From assembly GCF_009914755.1 (NCBI RefSeq), contig NC_060931.1: a stretch of DNA of 64,000 nucleotides; one strand, written 5' to 3'. A model generated the notes under the pieces. The model did no database searches. It saw only the letters and a list, made by a program, of their open reading frames with translations, and was not told the origin of the DNA. A program made the position numbers and the translations under genes. This document shows, piece by piece, positions 29,022 to 64,000 of the stretch (position 1 is its first letter; every line of letters starts with the position of its first letter). The DNA is from the human T2T-CHM13v2.0 reference genome, Homo sapiens.

Positions 29022-32000
29022 TAACTAATTCAAGTATCTCTTTAATTAGTTTTGACTTGCAGTTAATCTAAATGGATTCTCCACAGGGAACAGCAGTCGC
29101 AGTGCAGAAGCTCTTTGCTTTTGCTTTTGGGTAACTGGCCTAACAAACAGATTTTACACTTTATATTGAAATAATTCCTATGTCATTATTACTAAGTTTT
29201 GGTCTGCTTAGAAAAAACTGAGATTAAAAGAAAAACTATTTTTCATTAAGGTTATTACATCTGTGTAACTTTCTGTATGTGCTTTTAAAGTCCTTGTGCC
29301 ATCAAGTTACAGGGTTTAGACTCCTGGGTCTAAAAAGGATGCCAAGTCCGGCTAAATCTTAAACACTGACAGCAGTTAAAGCTTTATCTTCAGACCCTGT
29401 AGAAGATACCAATCAAAATAAACTGTGTTCATGAGACACAGGGCCAGAAATTAAAACTATTCAACTCCTCAAGACCCAGGAACTATCATGGAAGACATGG
29501 GTGTGTGACATTGTAAGGGTCAATTTTGAGAGATAAAATAAGTTTAGTTTCTCTATAAATTAACCATTAATGTCGAAGGCACTGATGCAAGACTAGCATA
29601 TGGGCCTCTGAGTCAGATTAACAAGGTTTTCTTGGAGCGTTAACCCACTCCTTAATAAAAGGTTATAAAAAAGGCTTATGGAAATTACATCTTATGGTCA
29701 AGATGATTAAACTATTTAATATTATAGGCTGTTTATAAAATTTTGGAGAACAAGTTTAATTGGCCTCATCCTGTCTTTATTAAGGCTTATTGTTTGGGAA
29801 ATGAAGTCTCCTCTCAAAGAATAAAGGTTTTCGCCTTAAAAAAAATCTTTGAGTTATCGCTTTGTCTAAATGAATGACTTTACAATGACCTGTGATCCTA
29901 CTTTGTGATATTAAGTGTTTTAAACTTTTTATGTTTGACAAACCTTCGACAATCAAATTCTAACTTTGGTCCTCATTAATTTTTTGATATTAGTCCCCTG
30001 AAGTCCAAAAGAGACATATTTGGTTTATTTGATATAATAAAATCATACAGGAAGTATTGTCAAGTATAAAACAATGTTTAATCTTCTTTGGATTATATTT
30101 ATGCACATATGTTATTGGTATATGTTTGAGAATTGTATGAAATTCCTGTGATTCTGATATGACTTGGCATATGTTATCAGTGGTAATTATTATTATTATG
30201 TAATTGTGGTAATTATAATTATGTAAAATTGTTGTATGCCACAGAAGTAACCAAATATCTTTGTCAATTGTGTCTTTATGACTGTTCTAAGACTTTTGTT
30301 ATCCACAGTTGTTTTACTTTTATCCTATTCAAAAGGTGGTTTTATAATCAGCTGTGGGACTCTGACAGGTGCTCTTGAATGCAGGCTTCTAATAACTTTG
30401 GAGACTGTGACACTAGAATAGAGGAAAAACTTCCAAGACTCCAGTGGAGAGCTGAAATGTTCATGAATATCAAGCAGAAAAGAAGTTAACTGCATGGACT
30501 GAACTAATAGAAAACTGAAATAGTCCTTTTATGACTTTTTGCCTAAAACATTGCTGACCCTTTGTTTTTCAGAGCCAAGAAAACTTTTCTTTTGAGCTAT
30601 TTATAGCTTTTAACAATGGAGTAAAGTATATTTCTGTAAACAAAATTTGGAGCATATTTCTCTCTACCTGATTTCTCCAAAATTTAGAAACTAGTTGTGA
30701 GTATTCTTAACTTATGGCAATATAGTTATTTGCATACATGCAATAAGAATCTTTCCTCTGAGAAAGATTCTTTCTCAAGAATGTTCCTTTGTAACAGGGC
30801 ACAATTGGAGACACTGGTTATTTTACCAAGGTTTTGACTGGAATAGGATGCTTTCAGATACAAACAGACTCCTTTAAAGAATGAAAGTTGACTTTAGAGC
30901 CAATAAAAACTCCTTGAGAAACCTGGTCTCATACCTTGTCTGCACAGTCCCGGAACAGGGTGACCTGTAGTGAGTAAAGAATGTCACTTTCTGACAGGCC
31001 CAGGAGCCCCAAGTTTTCTTGGGACCTTGAAGTGAGGAATTCACTCAACTAACGCAAGGATTTGCAGGCACAGGCCAGGCTTAATGCATTAAAGTTAAAT
31101 CTGAGATTCTTAGTGGAATAAAGTTCTAGCAAAGCCAATTAAAAAAAAAGAGGAGCCTATATAGCAAATAATTATTCTTCTGACTTTATGCAAATACTCC
31201 AGCCAAGTATAATAAGACTACAACTTATTTTGCAAATGAATTTGTCCTATGACTTGTCTTTAGTGAAAATGAGACTGGAGAGAGGAAAATTATATTTCAA
31301 CATAAACTATAGTACACCTGTTATTAGATTCTAGTCTTGCCTAATGTTTTTCAGTTTTTTTTATTTTCTACAATTTAGATTGAATTCAAAAATTTTTCCT
31401 GGCTACAAGTCTCCAAAATAATGTTTTCAATTTTTTTCTTCTTTCGTTTACTTCCCCCCACCCCATTTTTCCTGATTTGAAATCACTTAAAATTAAGCAG
31501 TCTTTCTTAAAGCCCTACAAACTGAAGCTAGACAATGTAAACTTCAGAAGAAAATAATAGCAACCTATTTACACACATAAACCACTTTCATACCTGCCTA
31601 CTGACATGGACTTCAGAGTAATACGGCCTATATTGATTTTCCAGGATTCTTCTTCATTTTGTTTGTTTGTTGTTGTTTTTCTTCCTTCCTCCCCCTATTT
31701 TCTCTTCAAAGGACATGAGACTTCATAACCTACTAAAAATGAGCTTTCCAAATAACGTGGTACTTATCCATCTAGGAATAAACTATCCTAGCCATGAGAG
31801 ATCAGACAAAGCCTGAGACCAGAGACTTGTTTTCTTCTAAAATGCTGTCTCTGAAAGATTTTAAAAAGAAAAACGGGGAGATGTGAGAGGAAAATAAATC
31901 TCAGGACTCCAAAATTACTAAGCCAAAGGGAAAAGCCAAGCTGGGAACTGTGGGGCAAACCTGCGTCCCATTGTACTCCTAAACAAGATAGCAACAAAGA

Positions 32001-32792
32001 TAAAAAAGCTACATACCTCCCTCACAATTTGCCCACAAGAAAATTCCCTGTAGACAAAAGACAGACAGAACTCAAAGTCATCCTTTTGCTCATGTGAGAT
32101 AAATGCATATCTAATTGCTTCCTTTTCCCTATTGTTTCACTAAGCCAGACTAAGGCATAAGTGACTATTCCTGTAAGTTATGTATTCAGTGAAAGGTTAA
32201 TTAGAAACTCAAAAGAATGCAGTCGTACCTATGACCTGGAAACCCAGGTCATAGGTATGTATCAGTGAAAGGCTAATTAGAAACTCAAAAGAATGCAAAT
32301 GTACCTGTCACCAGGGAGCCCCCTCCCTGCTTCATGTTGTCCCATCTTTCCAGACGAAACTGATGTACATCTTACATATATTGATTGATGTCTCATATCT
32401 CCCTAAAATGTATAAAACCAAGTTGTGCCCCAACCACCTTGGACACATGTTGTCACGTTGTCAAGACCTCCTGAAGCTGTCTTGGATACATGCTTAATCT
32501 TAGCAAAATTAACTCTCTAAATTGACTGAGACCTATCTCAGGTATTTTGGGTTCAGATAAAGTTTTAGATATGGACTCACTGTAAAAGCAAGGCTTGTTG
32601 TTTCTAAGAACTATACTGCGGAGATGAAAAGAGGGGGACTTTCAGGCTGGAAACTATCACATCCACATTCCTTTGCACATCAGCAGCAGAGTCTTTCTTT
32701 ATACATGGACACAATCCAGGCTCCTCCCTGAGAACTGCCTTGCAGTCAGCAGGAGATGAAGGGTGTTAGGACACTTAGAACTGAGAAGAGTT

Positions 32793-33090
<298 letters not shown>

Positions 33091-33425
33091 GAGAAGAGTT
33101 TATGATATAATGCAAGAAGGGAGGGGCAGACCTTAAAGACATAAACTTACTACGTTTCAACACCATACATTTGAAAGGGGCCACAGGACTGGCCCAGAAA
33201 GTACTCCATATGTATAAAAGGGCTGCAGTTTGTCCGGTGGTATAGAACATTAAGAATCTATTTGTTTGTTGAGACTTCAGCTTTCTCTTACTCCAAACAT
33301 GCTGTGCTGTTTTGTCATAGAGAGCTGATGTCTTCAGTAGCAGATACCCCAAGTCTCTTCATGCCTCTTCTTTATCCCTATCAATTCTCTCTCTTTACTT
33401 CCTTCCCCTTCCAATCTAGAAGCCT

Positions 33426-33790
33426 ATATTAGTCAGCTCAGGCTGCCATAATAAAATACCATAGACTGGGTGGCTTACGCAATAGAAACGTACTTATTCA
33501 CAGTTCTAGAGACTAGAAATCCAAAATCAGAGTGCCAGCATGGTCAGGTTCTGGCATGGGCCCTCTTCCTAGCTTGCAGATGGCTGCCTTCTCACTGTAT
33601 CCTCACACGACAGAAAGAGAGAGCAAACTTCCTGATGTCTTATAGGAGCACTAATCCCAGCATGAGGGCTCTATTTTGTAACTTCATCTAAACCTAATTA
33701 CCTCCCAAAAGGCCCCATCTCCAACTACTGATACATTGGGGGTTAGGGCTTCAACATATATATTTTGGGGGGCACAATTAGCCCAAAATA
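33426..33790 (-). mobile_element. MLT1A-like MaLR LTR
   Basis: tattagtcagctcaggctgccataataaaataccatagactgggtggctta...ttagggcttcaacatata. Confidence 0.8.
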
Positions 33791-34160
33791 TGGCCCAAGT
33801 CTATCATTTTGGTCATTCTCTTGCTGGTGGTCTTACTCTCTTGCCCTTTTGTCCTCCTGGCGCAACCTTTTAGTCAAACCCCAGTCTGGGATTAGGCCAG
33901 TAGTCCCTTTCCATGGGGCAGCTCCCAGCTGTTGAGCACTGCCAGGGAAAAGCACAGCAGATTAAGGACCTGTGGCCACTGAAAATTAGGGTCTCCTCAG
34001 ATTCATGTACTGATATGAAAGAACTATCACTTATACATGGGTCTTTAGTTCAAAAAACAGCAAGATGCATTTCAGTAGGCTTAATACAATGATTTCTGTA
34101 GAAATGTAATGTGTTATCTATGTGAAATGGACTTGTATTAGCTTAGAAATAGTACAAGTT

Positions 34161-34467
<307 letters not shown>

Positions 34468-35187
34468 GCCAAAAGTTTGGTCACTCAGTGTCAAGCTGGA
34501 ACACAGGAGTCCTTTCAAAGGTTCAGAATCCCATCGCTAGGACCCAGTCTCCGCCAGAGCAACACAAGACCATTTCTCCCTGAGACCCTGGCACTGTCAC
34601 AGTCAGTGAACACATCTCCATTTATTCTGGCATCCACGGGCCTTGGTTCTGCAGGCTTTCACCTCAGAGAAAATCTTGTCACTCTGGCCACTTCTGCTTC
34701 TCACTCTCCAAGCCCCTGAATGCCTGCCCCCGACCCAACCCTACTTTAACAGATTAGAAGATAAAGTTTTCCCTTATCTATGCCCTGGGAATCAAGGAGG
34801 GAGGGAAGAGAAACAAACCTCTTCCCTCCTGATGCTTCTGTACCAGCAAAATCAAAAGAGAATTAAATCTTACAACAAATTGCACTGCTTCAGCTATTGA
34901 CACTGTCCCACAGAATTCGAGGGACCTCACCTCCTCGTTTTTGGACGACAGAGGCTGAAACAAATCTTTGCTAAGGGAGGCTGGAAGTTGGGGCAAAACA
35001 TTATTAATGGGTCACAGGCCAGAAAGGAGAGTCAATGAGAGAGGATTAATGAGGCCAGATCATCTGGTCCACAGGCTGGGCTGACTCATCCTGCATTCTG
35101 AGGCTTGATCTTCAGTGCACCTACCTGTGTTGGCTCCTGCTAGGGCTGCGTGAGCCTAAGGAAATAAGACTAAAAAAATCAAGCCTT

Positions 35188-35542
35188 GTGTATGAGTCTG
35201 TTTTCATGCTGCTAATAAAGACATACCCAGGAGTGGGCAATTTACAAAAGAAAGAGGTTTAATTGGACTTACAGTTCCACGTGGCTGGGGAAGCCTCACA
35301 ATTATGGCGGAAGGCAAGGAGGAGCAAGTCACATCTTACATGGATGGCAGCAGGCAAAGAGAGCTTGTGCAGGAAAACTCCCCCTTATAATAACCATCAT
35401 ATCTCGTGAGACTTATTCACTATCATGAGAACAACACAGGAAAGACCTGGCCCCATGATTCAATTACCTCCCACTGGGTCCCTTCCACAACATATTGGAA
35501 TTCAAGATGAGATTTGGGTGAGGACACAGCCAAACCATATCA
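35188..35542 (-). mobile_element. THE1C-like solo LTR
   Basis: tgtatgagtctgttttcatgctgctaataaagacatacc...cagccaaaccatatca. Confidence 0.88.
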
Positions 35543-35742
35543 CTTTGGAACTCTCAGCTTCTCAAGGGGTAAATGTTGATTAAATGACTATATGACAGGT
35601 ACCAGGGCTCTTATATGGCACAGAAGATTCAGGGAGGATACTACCTCACTGCTGTGACACTCACTGTCAAAGCCCCAAGAGGCACCTTGAAGGGACTTCA
35701 CTTCTCAAGAAAAGGAATTGTATACTCAGTTCAGGGAAGATT

Positions 35743-36019
35743 CCTGTATTAGTTATCTACTGTTATGTAACAAATTACTCTAAAACTAGCAGCTTAAAAA
35801 ACAACAAATATTTATTGTCTCAATGTTTTTGAAAGTCAAAAATATGGAAGAAGTTTAGCTGGCAAGTTCTGGATCAGGGTCTTTCATAAGGTTAGATTTG
35901 AGATGTCATCTGGGGCTGCAGTCATCTGAAGGCTGGACTGGGGCTGAAAAATCTACCTCCTGCATAGCTCAACCCCATGGCTGTTGGCAGGAGGCCACAG
36001 GTCCTCACTGACTATTGGC

Positions 36020-36020
<1 letters not shown>
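35743..36020 (-). mobile_element. MLT1-family LTR fragment
   Basis: tgtattagttatctactgttatgtaacaaattactctaaaactagcagcttaaaa. Confidence 0.7.
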
Positions 36021-40210
<4,190 letters not shown>

Positions 40211-40665
40211 AGAAAAATATATGATCATACATACACAATACTAGGGCCTCTTGCAGGGCACTTAAAGAGCCCAACAGAGAAAGGGGCTAAACTCACTTGA
40301 AGCTTCATTAGCTATGTAGAAAATCTGCCTCTGCCCCCAGCTCACATTCTGGCCCAACACTCACTTAGTTGTGTGACCATGGACAAGCTGTTTGATATCT
40401 CAGTCCCTTGAATCCCACATGTGAAAATTCTGAATAACTATAGAACCTATCTCACTAAATTGGTGAATAAATTCCATGAGATAAATTAGAACTAACTGGT
40501 ACATAGTGAGTGCTCAACAAACATAAACTATTATCATTATTGTGCAGACACAGTTTTCAAAAGAAAACTGTTTGGGAAATTCTTCCAAGGGCCATGAAGA
40601 GCCTACTGAAGTGTCCTGAGAAGAGAAGGGACACAGTCAGATTTGCCTTTCAGAAATAATGACTG

Positions 40666-41079
<414 letters not shown>

Positions 41080-42274
41080 TTATTGATCTAAGGAATTTTT
41101 TAGAAATAAAATAGTTTTATTCAAAGGATATAGAATTTCAACATTTTAATAAAAATCTAAATAAAAATAAAAGTAAAACTTAAAATGATTTTTCACATTT
41201 AAAGATATTAAAATAAATTCAAAATTGCCTAGTAAAATAAAAGCCAAATAAATTATAATTAATATCAAATCTTGAAATAAAAGTGTTTAAAAATATAATT
41301 GTTCAATATTGCAGAAGGTTCTTAAGCAACCCACCCTGCTCATGTTGAATTGTAAGTACTTCTCCAGAACTGCACACTGGAACGGGAAGAGAAATAACAT
41401 GGACTTTCACACCATTAGGAAAGGAGACTTCATTATACTGAGCCCGTCTACTCCTGCACACTCCTGGGGTGGGATTGTGGGTCACAGGGAGACGTACGTG
41501 CATACTGCCGAAGAGCTCCCAAGTGGCTGGCTGCACCAGTTAACACTCCCCTGAGCAGTGTAGGGGAGTCTCAGAGGGTCACTTGGCATTTTCCATCATT
41601 TTCATTTTAGCCATTTTTGCAGGTGTGCGCAATGCTGTTTTTATAACCAACACATCATTTTTCTCTTCCTTTCCTGGAGGGGGAACCCAGCTTTTCTAGG
41701 CCCTCCACCCTTTGGGCAGGAGGAACTGGGTGTGTGGGGCGGGGGGAAGCCATCTCTGGGTGGTTGGTCAGCTGGGGCCTAACCACAGGAGGCAGATAGA
41801 CTGAGGCTATGCCAAGCAGAAAGACTTATCAGGCACCTCTTGCCTTTCCTCATCTCTGCCGGTTCAAATCCTGCTCGCCCCGCAAGGGCAGATTGGAATT
41901 TACCTTCTCCAGAAAGCCTGGGGTGACTCTATCCCCTCACTCCTCCTCCCCCGTTCGCCAGCTTTTGTCTTGACATCGGCGGACCAAGAATGCGTGACTC
42001 TGGGCAAATCATTAACCTCTCTGGGCCTATTTCCTTATCTGGGGAACATCTGCACTTGAGCAACAGAAGTCTAAGATCCCTATCTGATTTGATGTTTTGC
42101 GACCCTTTTAAGGCGCAGGGCGCGAAAGAACAGAAACAGAAGTGTCCGTTCAAGTAGGTCGGCCGGGGTGTCACTCGTATAAAAACCTATGCTTTGAAGG
42201 TTCTCGTGTGTCTCGGCCTGCAGGTCTCGCTCAGAGCTGTGTCCCTGAACATCCACCCTGCTGGGGTGGCTTGA

Positions 42275-63679
<21,405 letters not shown>

Positions 63680-64000
63680 TAACTTAACTTAGATTGTGCC
63701 TGTTCAGGGTTTGCAGCAATTAGCAAATTCTATGTGTTCTGGGTGACAAGATATTTTATTTTGGCAGTCATTTGCTTTTTTACAGTACTTGGTTTTGTAC
63801 AGAATTTGTTATACAGTATTATTATAGTAAGAGAAAAATCACCTGAACATCTCAATTTGTGGGCCTTGGGGCTAGCATGAAAAAAAATGTTTAGCAGAGC
63901 ACTTGGAAAATAGATCTTGGTTTGCATTGTGCCTCACCAATCTGACTCAACAGTATGTACTACTTTGGGGGAGACAGCATTGGACCCACAGAAAGCAAGC

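Noticed and set aside
41100-41300. Extremely AT-rich tract upstream of the promoter
   Set aside because: Low complexity with no periodicity or motif I can support; probably a decayed repeat.

Overview
This is human (primate) genomic DNA; a consensus-like AluYb8 supports human. It matches the GARS1 (glycyl-tRNA synthetase) locus. The right third holds the CpG-island promoter and coding exons 1-9 of GARS1 on the + strand (1194 nt, 398 codons, all GT-AG introns; the gene continues past the window). Exon 1 has the mitochondrial and cytosolic start codons and overlapping uORFs. The left two-thirds is non-coding and repeat-dense, in the region where the divergent lncRNA GARS1-DT is expected; I cannot map its exons from sequence alone. 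Its main structure is a 17-kb nested retroelement. A MER4A-LTR provirus (TSD TAAA) contains an antisense MER51-type provirus (TSD CAAG, tRNA-Arg PBS, dead integrase and env), two convergent solo LTR12s, a THE1 LTR and several Alus. I found no convincing new protein-coding system; almost all listed ORFs are repeat-derived noise. The items most worth following up are small: ATF4-type CARE motifs (one duplicated by an Alu target-site duplication, one fused to the uORF start), paired dyads in the 5' leader, an unexplained 42-bp element repeated in introns 6 and 7, and template-switch scars. Repeat family names are from recall of consensus sequences, and boundaries without a TSD are approximate.
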